A stretch of 64,000 nt of DNA from Octopus sinensis (lineage: Eukaryota): the NCBI RefSeq assembly GCF_006345805.1, contig NC_043000.1, positions 102,052,001 through 102,116,000 of the forward strand. Direction: 5' to 3'. This document shows, piece by piece, positions 36,055 through 50,194 of this stretch (position 1 is the first letter of the stretch; each line of letters starts with the position of its first letter). The translations under genes and the position numbers were made by a program. A model generated the notes under the pieces. That model had not been told where the DNA came from. It did not search any database and saw only the letters and a program-made list of their open reading frames with translations.

Positions 36055-37410
36055 GCATTCCTTGAGCGACACCAAGCATGGTTTCCAACCAGGTAGAAGC
36101 TCCCTGACACAGCTCTTGTAACATTACAACTGAGTGCTAAAGCAGTTGCTCAACAACTCAAATGTAGACGTGATATATCTCAACTTTGCAAAAGCCTTTG
36201 ACAAAGTCGACCATGGTGTGATTTATCACAAACTGCGTAATCTTGATGCAGTTGGAAAACTTGTAGAATGGCTACATGACTTTCTGAAAGATAGAAGTCA
36301 GATAGTGGCGGTCAATGGGGCCACCTCCGAGGAAACAGAAATAATGAGTGGTGTTCCACAAGGTATTGTCCTGGGGGCACTGCCATTCATAATAGCCCTC
36401 TCTGACATGCACTCAGCTGCCCAAGTAGTCACTCTTCCTAGCTATGCACACGATACAAAGGTTTCTCAGAGGATACAGAACCCTGGAGATGTTATGCATC
36501 TACAACGTAAGTTGGACGCAGTATAGAGGTGGGCTGAGAAAAATAACACGCTATTTAATGCTGGAAAATTCCAAGCCCTGTGCTACCGCCACATGAAGCT
36601 CGATGAAAAGCAGGTAGGATACACTGGCTCAGGAGGGATTTCAATCCCTGAATCAAAATCAGTGTGTGATTTGGGCATCAACATGAGTAATGATGCCTCT
36701 TTCTAGGTAAACATTGCCAAGCTGGTAATAAAATGCTGGCGCTTGTTTGGATGGATCCCTCGAACATTCAAAACAAGAGAAAAGGAAACCACGATGATCC
36801 TCCGGAGAACTTTCGTTCTCAGCCTTCTGGATTACTACTCCCAACTGGGGTCACCAAGCAATGTAAAATTAACGACGGAACTCGAGGCGATCCAACGAAG
36901 CTACACAAAGAAGATCGACACAATGTGATGTATCAGCTACTTGGAGAAACTGAAAGAATTAAGGCTCTACTCCCAGGAGAGAAGACGGGAAAGATATGCA
37001 GTAATATACATCTTGAAAATCCTTGAAAAACTTGTGCCAAACTATGGCATTGTCAGTTACATAAACAGCTGGACGGGGTGCCACTGCACAGTACCAACAT
37101 TGCCATCAGTATACAGAACCAGATACTGCAACAGCTTGGGCTTCAAAGGCACACAGCTCTTCAATATCCTCCCACAAAACCTGAGAGACCTGCATGGCGT
37201 GGATGTAAGCTTTTTCATAACAGGATTGGAGCCCCTTCAAGAGTTCCGGATGAACCTACCTCAAGGCAAGAAACACAGATGAGAGCAGCAGAGTCAAACT
37301 CCCTTATCTACCAAAAATCACTTTATCAGAAGAGGTTTAGTGAAAGTGTAGCAAAGTAAACAGCGCTGCCCCAGCATAGCCGCAGTCTTTGGATTTGAAA
37401 CTAAAAAAAA
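36055..37410 (+). mobile_element. Older, disrupted CR1/L2-group LINE related to the 32608 copy
   Basis: HGFQPGRSSLTQLL, VDVIYLNFAKAFDKVDHG, SGVPQGIVLGALPF, YAHDTK; stops and frameshifts; related 3' end gctgccccagcatagccgcagtc. Confidence 0.9.
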
Positions 37411-37560
37411 GATGCACTACAAAATTTAGATACCGTAACATTATGGATTCAATGAAAAGGTATGTCAAAGGAAAAGTAGAAAAAAGATGAAAACTAACTA
37501 ACACCAAGAATTTATTCTTGTTATCGCAAGGAACACTGAAAAGTTTTCATTTTCAACCAA

Positions 37561-37880
37561 TTTGTATTACACATTCCAGGTACCTCAAACTTTGAAGATT
37601 TTCGAACTGTAAATGGTGAAGTAATTGAAATAGTCTGACAGGAGATAAACACTGTTTACTTACAAACGATAATAAATAGAAGTGATGTCTAGAGAAGAAA
37701 CTGCAAGAATTGCTAGCTGAGACATACCTATATATTAATAGGCTTATTTAACAAACCAAAAGTCCTCGTAAAACGGAATCAACGGCATGGAAAGGCATTC
37801 ATTGAAGATTTCCAACAAATCTATTCAAAGTACATTCTTGATAATAATGCTGCTGCTGCTACTGATAGTGATGATGGCGG

Positions 37881-37938
<58 letters not shown>

Positions 37939-38082
37939 ACAGTTTCTAATTTTGCTGTGAAATTCTTAACCGAACAAAATCCATCTGAAGTACCATTTCA
38001 TATTCTGAAAATGAAAGTGGGATGTACCATAACATCAGTGTATAGCCTCCATCCCTGAAAGGGTTTACTAAACGATACGCGT
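37561..38082 (+). mobile_element. Helitron RepHel remnants (Rep-helicase linker and PIF1-like helicase segment)
   Basis: FVLHIPGTSNFEDFRTVNGE (cf. LLHV.GPTSFEDLRTVNG) and FLTEQNPSEVPFHILKMKVGC..HP*KGLLNDTR (cf. FLNSLNPSGLPPH.L.LKVG..NGTR). Confidence 0.7.
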
Positions 38083-39426
38083 AATTCTTAAAGAAACGAA
38101 TCTGACTTTCAGCTTAATCGTAGGCTGTTACTATCGATACGACCCTTTTTTAATTACAGTAACTAAATCAAAGGGTCAGTCTTTTAACAGAGTGGGTGTG
38201 CATCTGCTAGAGCGTATATGGTCATGGACAGCTTTATGTAGTTCTAAATACGACCAAAAATCATTGGTGCCTGAAATTAGAAATTTCAACTCTCATGAAA
38301 GAGGGACATCTCTTAGAAGAGTTAGTGCTTCCATTAAAAATGTCATAAATTAGCTTCTGTGATAAAATGTTATAGATTTTTATGATGCAAATACTGAGTT
38401 TTGTATAGTTAATTGAAGTATTGAAAATGAACTTCTGAGGTAAAATCTATACATAAAAAAGTTTATTATGCAATATTCACTTTAGATTAGTTAACTAAAA
38501 TAAGAACACGATACACTTCTGAGGCAAAAGATTTAACAAGTTCAAGTATATAATAAATTTTGCATAGTTATAAATATTATGATTTTTATTGGTTTGTTGT
38601 GAAGTTACAGCATTAAAACTGACAATTCCGTATAAACTTATTGTACTAGCAATCATTAAGTCTGAATCTGCGATTTTCTAAATAATTTAGTTAGATGAAA
38701 ACGCTGCGACAAATGTGCAAATAATTGTTAGTAAATATATATATGGTTTTCAACTTGTATTGAAATACAGCATGCTGTCATTTAAATAATATGAATACTT
38801 TACTTATACTGCCAAAAATATAAGTCAGTTTTAAAGTTTATAAATTTTTTGTAAGAATCTTCCTCTACACTCATTTGTCAGAGCGTTACAGTATTATCGT
38901 AATTCATAGATAAACCAGATTATTTTATAGATAGCATATATCTATTGCAAATACACTAATGGGCCATTGTTGTGTGGCATATGTGACAGTCAGAGACACA
39001 AATTATGAAATATCTAAGCTGTCAATTTTGAATATTTATAAGAGTTGTATTGATTCATTTTTCACAGAAAGCCTTACTACCCAGGCAAGCATGAAACAAA
39101 CAATTTTCACTTGGAATGTATGAGAATTCAAAAAGTGTGACGTTCGTGATAGTGCACAAAATGCCATTTTTCACGTAAAAATATTAACAACTAATTAGAC
39201 TGAATTTCTCCAGAGCAGCATTAAAAAAATCCTCATGATATTTATTTACATTGATCTCGAAATTAAAAAAAACAGCTAATGAGTTTGCAGGACAAAAGTG
39301 TCTATAGTTACAATTCTCATTTACTAGATATGACGTGCGTGACAAAAAGTTGCACGTTAATGACAACGTTGTAAGAGCTTAATTTTGCTGATACATATAA
39401 TTTATATGCGCTAAAATTAACCATTT

Positions 39427-39517
<91 letters not shown>

Positions 39518-40586
39518 TTGAAGGTGGAGGCATTCTAAAAATTTTCGAAAACCTGTTTTGGCTTAATTTTCATGAGATTGACCCAAATAAGGGATTTATT
39601 TAATCTTATTTTATTTTAGATTTTATTCATTTTCAAAATAGGATATTCATTTCATTAATTTTCATATGTACCATCAAATGTGAAAAGCTTAAATCATAAT
39701 TATGCACCTATGTAACTTTATGGGATATTAACCGCACTACAATAACCCCAGCACTATAATACTGCCAAAGGTAGGTTACACTGTAGCAATAATGCTCATT
39801 ATCAGTTGTTTAAAAATATCACGCTATCTAATATTGATTTTATTTGGTATATCTGTAAATTATTGATACTTAAACAATATGGATAACATTTATCGTTGGA
39901 AAAATGCTTAGCGGAATTTCATCCGTCTTTACGTCCTGAGTTCAAATTCCACCCAGGCCGACTTCATGTTAGATATCCTGGGTATCAAATCTAATGCATC
40001 AAATGTCTGTTAACCTAGGAAGACATTATTCAGTTATTCTAGCGTTTTTAGCTTAGAAGGAATGGCAATGGATAAATCAGATGTTTCAATTAAATAAGTA
40101 ACAGTGCATGTCCCCTACGCTGAAATTGCTGGCCTAGTAACAAATTTTGAAACCAAAAATATTTATATACTATTGAAAACATATACAATATTGAACAAGT
40201 TCAGCTCGGAGAGGAGAAGATACATTAAAGGACAAGTGAAAATCCAGAACTGCGAAAAGTTTGATTCAACATGATTGGGTGAATTTATAGATGACACGTA
40301 ACACAAAAACCAGCGGTGCTAAGGCTCCATCAGAATGGGGGAAGTTTTGTTTCGACAAATTTTCATATGATGAATTTTATTTATGCAGATAAAGAATTAT
40401 TAATTTTATTTTATATCGTCTTTTATATCGGTTCTTCAATTTTACGATCTTATTTTAGGTGGATAGTGTTTAAGTGTCATCAGCTCTCAGCAGGTGCTTG
40501 ATTAAGTCTGCCCGGATTTACAATTCACTCAGTCACACACACACACATACACACATGTGTGTGAACTATATTATATGTATGATATA

Positions 40587-40618
<32 letters not shown>

Positions 40619-40719
40619 GTGGTTGTGTGTGTGTGCGCGTAAGTGTATGGTATGTATCTATATACATGTGTGAGTGTATGTGTGTATACACATATATAAA
40701 AATATATTTGTTATATATA

Positions 40720-40874
40720 GGCGTATAAGTGGCTGTGGGATAAGTAGTTTGCTTACCAACCACATGGTTCCGGGTTCAGTCTCACTGCGTGGCACCTTGG
40801 GCAAGTGTCTTCGGGCCGACCAAAGCCTTGTGAGTGGATTTGGTTGACCGAAACTAAAAGAAGCCCGTCGTATA

Positions 40875-40916
<42 letters not shown>

Positions 40917-41155
40917 ATGTGTGTGTGGTGTGTGTGTGTATTTGTGTGTCTGTATCTGTCCCCCAGCATCGCTTGACACCGATGCTGGTGTGTTTACGTC
41001 CCCGTAACTTAGCGGTTCGGCAAGAGACCAATAGAATAAGTACTAGGCTTACAAAGAATAAGTCCTGGGGTCGATATGTTCGACTACAGGCGGTGCTCCA
41101 GGATGGCCACACTCAAATGACTGAAACAAGTAAAAGAGTAAAAGTGAGTAAAGAG
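40720..41155 (+). mobile_element. SINE family B, full length
   Basis: Same head, core, microsatellite slot and tail as 24892-25303. Confidence 0.9.
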
Positions 41156-41680
41156 TATATAATATATATATATATATATACAAATATATACATGCATATA
41201 CTTACACACATACATAGACACGTACACGCGCGCGCACACATACACACACATATCTATATATACGCATGTCTGTATGTATACATGAATGTATACATGCATA
41301 TGTGTGTACTTATTTGAAACACTTGGGATCAAAATAGAATGAGTAATAGTGTATGTACAAATATAGAACAGAGCTACTTCTACAAACTTACTTTAGAAAA
41401 ACTTCTCTTAAGAAACATTATGCGGCTATGCTGGTAGATAGAGAGAATGAAACGACTAACTGAAAGAATGTGTGGCATTCAAGGATGTTTAGTGCGAGAG
41501 AAAGTGAAAAAAAATTATATCAACATTGATCGATAGTAAAACGCTTACTAATGGCTGACGTAGTGAATACTTGATTTCCTCAGCAAAATATAGCCTTCAT
41601 TGCGCTTGCTAGTTTAGTTTAGTGATACAAAATTCCTAAACTGTTGCACCATAATGTACACGAGGAGGCTTTAAATTTAT

Positions 41681-41909
41681 CTATTTCTTTAATACCCACA
41701 AGGGGCTAAACACAGAGAGGACAAACAAGGACAGACAAACGGATTAAGTTGATTATATCGACCCCAATGCGTAACTGGTACTTATTTAATCGATCCCGAA
41801 AGGATGAAAGGCAAAGTTGACCTCAGCGGAATTTGAACTCAGAACGTAGCGGCAGACGAAATACGGCTACGCATTTCGCCCGGCGTGCTAACGTTTCTGC
41901 CAGCTCGCC
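41681..41909 (-). mobile_element. SINE family A monomer, tail 2
   Basis: Reverse complement of head-core-ttaatccgtttgtctgtcc...aaagaaatag. Confidence 0.85.
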
Positions 41910-43190
41910 CACCATGCTGGTGTCAATGTAATCGACTATCTCTCTCCCCCAAAATTTCAGGGTCTGTGCCTATAGCAGAAAGGATGCCCTGCAAGTGTTA
42001 CCGTCGACTCTTTTACTTGTATAGGGAGCCAGGAACATATTGTGGTACGCGACTTTTTTCCATGGCGGTATACATACTAAGAAGTTCTTATTTGAGTGAC
42101 CTTAGAATGAAAGATTGTATAGCCATGGCTATCCGGTCTTCTTGTGTATCAATGTATTTTTACTTTATACGGTGTTAGAGATATAATTCGAAGGAGACTC
42201 GGCAGTTATTTGTGATAAGCCGAGAGAATTAATAAAAGCTTCATGACTGGAGCGTTTTGTATTCTTTTTCCCTTGGGAGCAATAGTGATCATAGAAACTG
42301 TTGTTGTTGCTGCGATGTTTAGTCCCATGACATACTTGATCAAACAAACTAATAATAAAAAGCATTCTAACCGTGACCATCATATCCTTTTACTTGCACA
42401 AGGAACCCAGAACCTCATTACCCGACGTGTCCTTTTCTAAGACGGCAGAGTGTGGTTTACGGTAAATAGGCTAATGTTTTTTTCGCAGGTATGTGATCAC
42501 GTAGAGGTTTTGTCTTTGAATTTTTTAGACAGGAATGGATTAGGAGCCCATGTGTATGTATGTGTGAGTGTATGTGTATGTGTGTGTGTGTGCGTGCATG
42601 CGCGCGCGTGTGCGTGCATGTGTATGGAAGAGTGAGGGAAATGCATGTGTCTGCATCTAAAAGACGTGTAATTTATGTTTGTAATCCTTTATTTCATCAG
42701 AGTTCGCGGTTCGACAGAAAGATATCAGTAAAAGAGGTTCCATTTTAAAATAAAAACTTGGGTCGATATGATTGACTAAACAATTGAAGGCAGTGCACCA
42801 GCATGGTCGCACATCAATAACTATGCAACCCTCAGTTAAACATCCATTAATGTTATATCGCCTGAAGAAATGAATCCATGAAGATGCTCTACACGATGAC
42901 CACGGATACTACGGAGATGTAATCATCTCAAGAACACGAACTGTGATCTTAAGAGACATGTGATTTGTGGAAACGCGCGAAGTGATGCATTAAAATATTT
43001 ATAAATTCTATCCAAGGATTATTGTTACTATTACTATACTTATCCCACGTTATATCAGTACAGCTCGAGTTAATCTCCAAAACTGGCTCACCAGTCAAAA
43101 TCATTAGAGTGTGGCTGACATATTGGAATGTGAGCTTTATTTGCATATTAAAAACTTTTCCAGTAAACAAATTTAAAAGATACATATACG

Positions 43191-43241
<51 letters not shown>

Positions 43242-43292
43242 GCACGTGTATATAAACGTGTATATAAACGTAAAAACGTAAAAATATGCATA

Positions 43293-43442
43293 GGCGCAGG
43301 AGTGGCTGAGTGGTAAGTAGCTTGTTTACCAACCACATGGTTCCGGGTTCAGTCCCACTGCGTCTTCTACTATAGCCTCGGGCCGACCAAAGCCTTGTGA
43401 GTGGATTTGGTTGACGGAAACTGAAAGAAGCCCGTCGTATAT

Positions 43443-43473
<31 letters not shown>

Positions 43474-43680
43474 ATGTGTGTGTGTGTTTGTGTGTCTGTG
43501 TTTGTCCCCCTAGCATTGCTTGACAACCGATGCTGGTGTGTTTCGGCAAAAGAGACCGATAGAATAAGTACTGGGCTTACAAAAGAATAAGTCCTGGGGT
43601 CGAGATGCTCGATTAAAGGCGGTGCTCCAGCATGACCGCAGTCAAATGACTGAAACAAGTAAAAGAGTAAGAGTAAAGAG
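43293..43680 (+). mobile_element. SINE family B with two small internal deletions
   Basis: Aligns with 24892-25303 but lacks the ggcaccttgggcaagt and tatgtccccgttacttagcgg segments. Confidence 0.9.
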
Positions 43681-43774
43681 TATATGCATATATACATATA
43701 CATATATATATAATATATATATACATATATGTATATATATATTCATACACACGTACACACACACATACATATAC

Positions 43775-43820
<46 letters not shown>

Positions 43821-44996
43821 ATAGTCATATATACTCTTTTTCTCTTTTTTTCTTTTTTTATATATATATATATTTATACTTGGAAATATATATATATATT
43901 TATACTTGGAAAAGGATGCGTGGCGTTCGATCATATAGTAATATAAATAATATATAAATATATGCATATATACATACATATATGTACATACCTACATATA
44001 TAAACATGCATATATGGGTACAAGGCATAAAAAAACGTAGACACAATGTGAAACGAGAACATAAAAAACAAAAACATAGAAAACGGACTTTTTATGGATC
44101 AATGAAAGAAACAAACAGAGAAATGAGACATGCAACATAAAGAACATTCCCTTCGTCAGTTGTCCCCTGTTTTATCTACTCCGCTTTCGAAGATAAGGAC
44201 AATACCCGACTTCGTTAAAACAGTCCTTCCCGCAAAGCAAATTAAATGAAATTTGGGATTTTTTGCGGAGGGTGAAAGGGATAATAAAAACAGGACATTA
44301 AGAACAAAGCAGTGAAAATAAACGGTGAGGGCTGTTAAGCCAAGACGATGTGAAGTGGTGAACGCTTGGAAAAACAAGCTTCAAGAAGAGACAGACAGAA
44401 ACACGTCTTGTCTTTAGGAAGGAAGTGGAAGAAAGAGAGAATGGCTCACACGTCACCAACGAGATAGTCAAGGAGGAAGAGAGAGAGAGGGAACAGTGAA
44501 GGGGAGAGTAGAAGAATAAGGAAAGGGTGGGAGAGAATAGAGAAAGGAAGAAGAACAAGAGAGGGAGTGTTTTTTCGTTGTTCGAAAAAAGTTCGTTTTC
44601 TATGTTTTTGTTTTTAAATGTTCCCGTTTCTCATTCTGTTCACGTCTTTTGTTGTTTTGATGTCCTGCAGACATATATGCATGTGTATATACATATGTAT
44701 GTAGGTATGTACAATATGTATGTACATATGTATATATATGTACATATATATACATACATACATATATATATATATATATGTTTATATACAGACATGTTTA
44801 TGCAAACAGGAAACTTAGAACTCACAATATGGATATATGTATATTTTTATAAATATTTAGCAGAAGTATCAGTGTGACTCAAGGTTCGAATGCTTTGTGC
44901 GTTTATAAAAATATACGTGTGCATATATACATGTATGTATTATTTATGAATGTATATGTATATATATATATATAATATATATATATATATAGTATG

Positions 44997-45059
<63 letters not shown>

Positions 45060-45080
45060 ACGCACACAGACAACACACAC

Positions 45081-45127
<47 letters not shown>

Positions 45128-46019
45128 AAATACATATATATAATGAGTATTGTAGTGTTGCAAAGAGGAATGATTTATGATAGAAGGATTACTAGCAAGC
45201 AGAGAAGTAAGGATGTAAAGAGACGCAGGTGATTGTTGGAGGTCACTTCTGATGATAATGTCGAACAAAGATTTTATGGTCAGAAAGATGATAGTGACCA
45301 GAATATTTATATTAATAACGGCTCTGGCTTCATGATTGATGGCATGCGATGATTTTGCACCACGACGACGACGACGACGACAACAACAACAACGATGATG
45401 ATGATGATGATGATGATAGTAATAATCTCTTGTCATTTAATTTATTCAACAAGCTTAAATGCCTGTCTACAAATTTTGGCATATTTTATTTATCTATTTT
45501 TATGCCATTGTTCCATTATTCCAAGCCACGCTTTAATATGAAAGACTAGGCCAACCCGTCAATAACAGAACACATACACGCACACATAATACATACACAC
45601 GTACATATGTGCATGTGTGTGTGTGTGTGTGTATACATATATACATTCATTTGTTTGAACATGGGTTTGTATTTATGCACATGTGACCACCCTTCCCTTC
45701 ACCTTTTCGCCCACAGCATCAGTTGCTCATACGTGATAGGTTCTCTGAAACCCAATAACTAAAGCTGATAGCTTCTCGGTCAGTCACTGGATTAAGCTAT
45801 GCTTGCAAACTTGACAATAATGGTAGTATTTTACTTTTATTATTATTCATTCTCTTCTCTATAATACAAAAAAGTGAAAAGGAAAAAGATAGAAAAATAT
45901 TCCTACAAAGGCTACGTTTCAGCAAATTGTGCGTGTTCTTGAACTAACATTATCATCTCAAATGCTAGAAACTGACATTTTTTTTGTAAAGATGGAACCC
46001 AGAGATAAAAGTGTTGACC

Positions 46020-46079
<60 letters not shown>

Positions 46080-46244
46080 TATCATCATCATCATCACCAT
46101 CATTATCATCATCATCGTCATCATCATCATCATCATTATTAATATTATTATTATTTATTATTATTCTATTATATTATTAATTATTATTATTATATCATCA
46201 TCATTATATTATTATTATATTATATTATTATTATATTATTATTA

Positions 46245-46277
<33 letters not shown>

Positions 46278-46369
46278 GAGTGAGAGAGTAGTGCATGCCA
46301 TCAAAAGTGACACTGGGGTAAAATATACGAAACCCAGTATACCCATTTATATTATTATTATGATTATTA

Positions 46370-46406
<37 letters not shown>

Positions 46407-46780
46407 ATCATCATCAACAGCATCATTATTATTATTATTACTGTTGTTGATATTTATGTCGTTATTTCTATTATTTTAAATAACAACAATAATGATGATG
46501 ATGATGATGACAATAATAATATTAATAATATTATCATTATCATCATCGTCATTACTATGGCCATCATCATTCTTATTATCCTCCTTCTCATCATGATCAT
46601 GATCATGATGTTCATTATCATCATAATCGTGATCATGATCATGATCATCATCATGATCATCATCATCACCATCATCATTATTACCGTCATCATCATCACC
46701 ACCACCATCATCATCATCATCCTCATCACCACCACCACCACCATCATCAATATCATTGGTATGAGTGTTGCCATTTAAGA
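46020..46780 (+). repeat. Compound trinucleotide array (ATT, ATC, ATG, ACC)
   Basis: Directly visible. Confidence 0.9.
46278..46346 (-). mobile_element. Short truncated copy of element X inside (ATT)n
   Basis: gagtgagagagtagtgcatgccatcaaaagtgacactggggtaaaatatacgaaacccagtatacccat matches about 448-516. Confidence 0.75.
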
Positions 46781-47295
46781 TTAAAAGCAACTTCTTTCTT
46801 TTTGTTCCGACATATTTGATTAAAAACACGACTCGTATAAAAATGTTCCCAGCTCCATTTTATGGATGTTTCAATATCATATAGCATTATCGTCAGAACG
46901 TCTTTCTTTAGAACGATATATTATGTTATGTCCACGTTTTTTTTTATTTTATTTTTTTTATTTTTGGTAACATTACTTCCAATATTGGTTCCTATTAGTT
47001 ATAAGAAATGTGCTGATTGGCATGACATTAATTGAAAAAAAATATAATAATGTAATATATACGTATAGTTTTCTGCGGTGGATTGAGACATTCTTGAACA
47101 CTGGGACGTGGAGGCACATCTACAATCATATCTTTATCTAGACAGTGATTTATATTTTATTCGTGAAGATATTTTTTATTTTTAATAACGTTGAAAAGAT
47201 ATCTTTTAGTGCTTGTATAATGTGTTTGAAGCATGATCAGTAGTTAGTAGTTTGTGATATTCAACATTATAACGTATTTTGTCACCTTTCTTTAT

Positions 47296-47465
47296 GCGTG
47301 GCTGTGTGGTAAGGAGCTTACTTCCCAACCACATGGTTCCGGGTTCAGGCCCACTGTGTGGCACCTTGGGCGAGTGTCTTCTACTTTAGCCTCAGGCCAA
47401 CCAAGGTTTTGTCATTGGATTTGAGAGGCAGAAACTGGAAGAAGCCTTTTGTATACATATATGTA

Positions 47466-47520
<55 letters not shown>

Positions 47521-47760
47521 GTGCGTGTGTGTGTATGTGTGACTGTGTTGTCCGACCATCACTGCTTGACAACTGGTGCTGGTGTGTTTACGTCCCCATA
47601 ACATGGCGTTTCGGCAAAAAAGATCGATAAAATAAGTATCAGGCTTTAAAAAGATTTGTACTGGAGTCAATACATTTGAATAAAAACTATTCAAGGCGTT
47701 CTCCCGCCATGGCCACAGTCTAATAACTGAAATAAAACTAAAAAAAAAAGAAAGATAAAA
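47296..47760 (+). mobile_element. SINE family B, older copy
   Basis: gtggctgtgtggtaagg...ggcaccttgggcgagtgtcttctac, internal (TG)n, degenerate tail. Confidence 0.8.
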
Positions 47761-48124
47761 TTTGGTTTGTCGTTGAACGGCGACTATGCTGGGGCACCAC
47801 TTCCAAGGATTTCTTTTTAGCTGAATACATAGAGTGCCACCTCCACTACCAGTAATCTATCATGTATTTATTTCATCGTTCTCGTTGGATATGAAATGCA
47901 ATGTGAACATTGGCGTAAGAGCAAACAGTTTAGTTGAATTACCATGGTCTTCGAATGCAACGGTTCTCACTCCACGCTAGGATACATACATACATACATA
48001 CATACATACATACCCTGTTGTTGATGTTGAAATTCCAAGAAGGAGCCTTGGGTCTACGTTAGAAACCGGCTCTTTTCTCTGTGGCAAGAAATCTTGAAAT
48101 AAAGCAGAATAATGACAAATAACA

Positions 48125-48160
<36 letters not shown>

Positions 48161-48233
48161 ATATATATACATACATATATATATGTGTGTGTGTGTTGTG
48201 CGCGCGTGTGTGTGTGCGCGCGCGTGTGGTGTG

Positions 48234-48270
<37 letters not shown>

Positions 48271-48280
48271 TAGATACATA

Positions 48281-49583
48281 TGCATCGTCTCCCAGATAGA
48301 TTTACCCACTGATATTTCCTAATTATTCAAAATATACTTAAGGCGGGGTAATGAAATTTGACCTCACAGGTTCTAATATAAATTGTCAATCAATCCATTG
48401 CAGAAATTACATTTCAAAATGACTACATTTCGCCTTGATCATACCCTTCAAACGAGTGGTCACTGAGTTGCATGAGTGTCATTATCAACTCGTCATCCAA
48501 CTTGACCCATGAAAACAGAAGGACTTTCTTCAGATCTGACACATTTGAATAGGAGCGAGTGGAAACATTACTCTTTAAGATGGGCCAGATAGCAAAGTCC
48601 ATGGGATTGATACCTGGACTTGAGAGAAGCCATATCGTCTTGTCCCCAAAACCGCTGAAAAGCTATTTGCACTATCTCTGTGTCAAATTGGATGTATGGA
48701 CCGGAGCCCCGTCTTAAGAGAAGATGTAACTGTCACCAACGGTTTCTGTAACCAAGGGTAACACTTTCTCATCCAACATTTCCATACAAACTTCACTGTT
48801 GGTCTTGACGCCGGCATCGATGAAGATCAAGGGTGACTCGGACCCACAGATGCAACTGCGGCCCGCACCATGAATGAATCTGGCTTCTGGCGTAAATGAC
48901 TCCTGCTAACTTCGGGCATGTCTCCTGCATTACGTGCATAAAGCCTGCCATTCAGCCTGTTGGCAATTGCCTCCACGTGGAAGATCTTCTCGTCGGACCA
49001 GATCAACACTTAGTTAACAGCGCGCTTCATCTCAGCTAACGTGGCTTTACTCCTGTTGAGCCGTTTCTTTTTGGAAGCTACTGATATTGGAAGCTGCCGG
49101 GATTGTTTCTTGTATGCAATTAGTCGTAAATCCTCTTTAAAATCCCTGCACATTGATGATTTAGAAAAATTAATAGCTTTTGCTATTTTTCTTGCACTCC
49201 TCTGGGGATTTCGGTTCATTCGCTTCTTCGCATCTTCAACAGTTTGTTAGGTACGAATTCATCGTTTCCTACCAGGAATTGCCTTGCTAGAGGTATTAGC
49301 GGACTCCATATATCGTTTCCAGTTATTGAACAGTTTTACAGCACACCAGCACACCTTCAACTGGTTTATGCCCTTGTTGCTCACTCCAGCTGTTTTCAAA
49401 GTAACAATCTGGTCATGTTTTGCTTTCGACGCCATGTTTGTTTACAAACCAGTTATAGACGAAGGAAACAATAGACATATGAACAAAAATATGCAAATAT
49501 TTATGTAAAATGTAGATAATATTACCTGAACCGATATTCTTTAGGAAGAGTTTCAAACATGGGTAAATCTTTATGGGAGTCCC
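48281..49583 (-). mobile_element. maT/DD37D-family transposon, disrupted transposase at about 48407-49435
   Basis: TIR core ctccca.a.agatttaccca at 48289-48308 and 49560-49579; IWSDEKIF, ESPLIFIDAGVK, DGAPVH...SPGINPMDF with 37 residues between the last two Asp. Confidence 0.85.
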
Positions 49584-49643
49584 TATACATATACACGTAG
49601 ATACATACACACACACATACATATATACATACATACATACATG

Positions 49644-49709
<66 letters not shown>

Positions 49710-49710
<1 letters not shown>

Positions 49711-50083
49711 TCTTTTACTCTTTTACTTGTTTCAGTCATTTGACTGCGGCCATGCTGGAGCACCGCCTTTTAGTCGAGCAAATCGACCCAGGGACTTATT
49801 CTTTGTAAGCCCAATACTTATTCTATCGGTCTCTTTTGCCAAACCGCTAAATGACGGGGACGTAAACACACCAGCATCAGTTGTCAAGCAATGCTAGGGG
49901 GACAAACAACAACACTCATATATTTACATATATACGACAGGCTTCTTTCAGTTTCCGTCTACAAATCCACTCACAAGGCATGGTCGGCCCAGGCTATAGC
50001 AGAAGACACTTGCCCAAGAGGCACGCAGTGGGCTGAACCCGGAAACATGTGGTTGGTTAGCAAGCTACTTACCACACAGCCAC
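49710..50083 (-). mobile_element. SINE family B
   Basis: Reverse complement of the family consensus; 3' end abuts (TA)n. Confidence 0.85.
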
Positions 50084-50194
50084 AACAAGTTTAAAATAAT
50101 GGTCATTACATATAATTCCTTTATTGGAGCAAATTTAGCTTACAACTGTTTCCAGTAATCATTATAGGTACATTACTGATACAAAACTAAGCAC

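Noticed and set aside
38560-39320. Possible hAT dimerisation-domain remnants (RLN..; IDLEIKKTANEFAGQK)
   Set aside because: Only a few scattered residues across frames; needs a profile search
46454-46829. Asp/His-rich and Met/Ile-rich ORFs
   Set aside because: Compound trinucleotide microsatellite; no splice or start context
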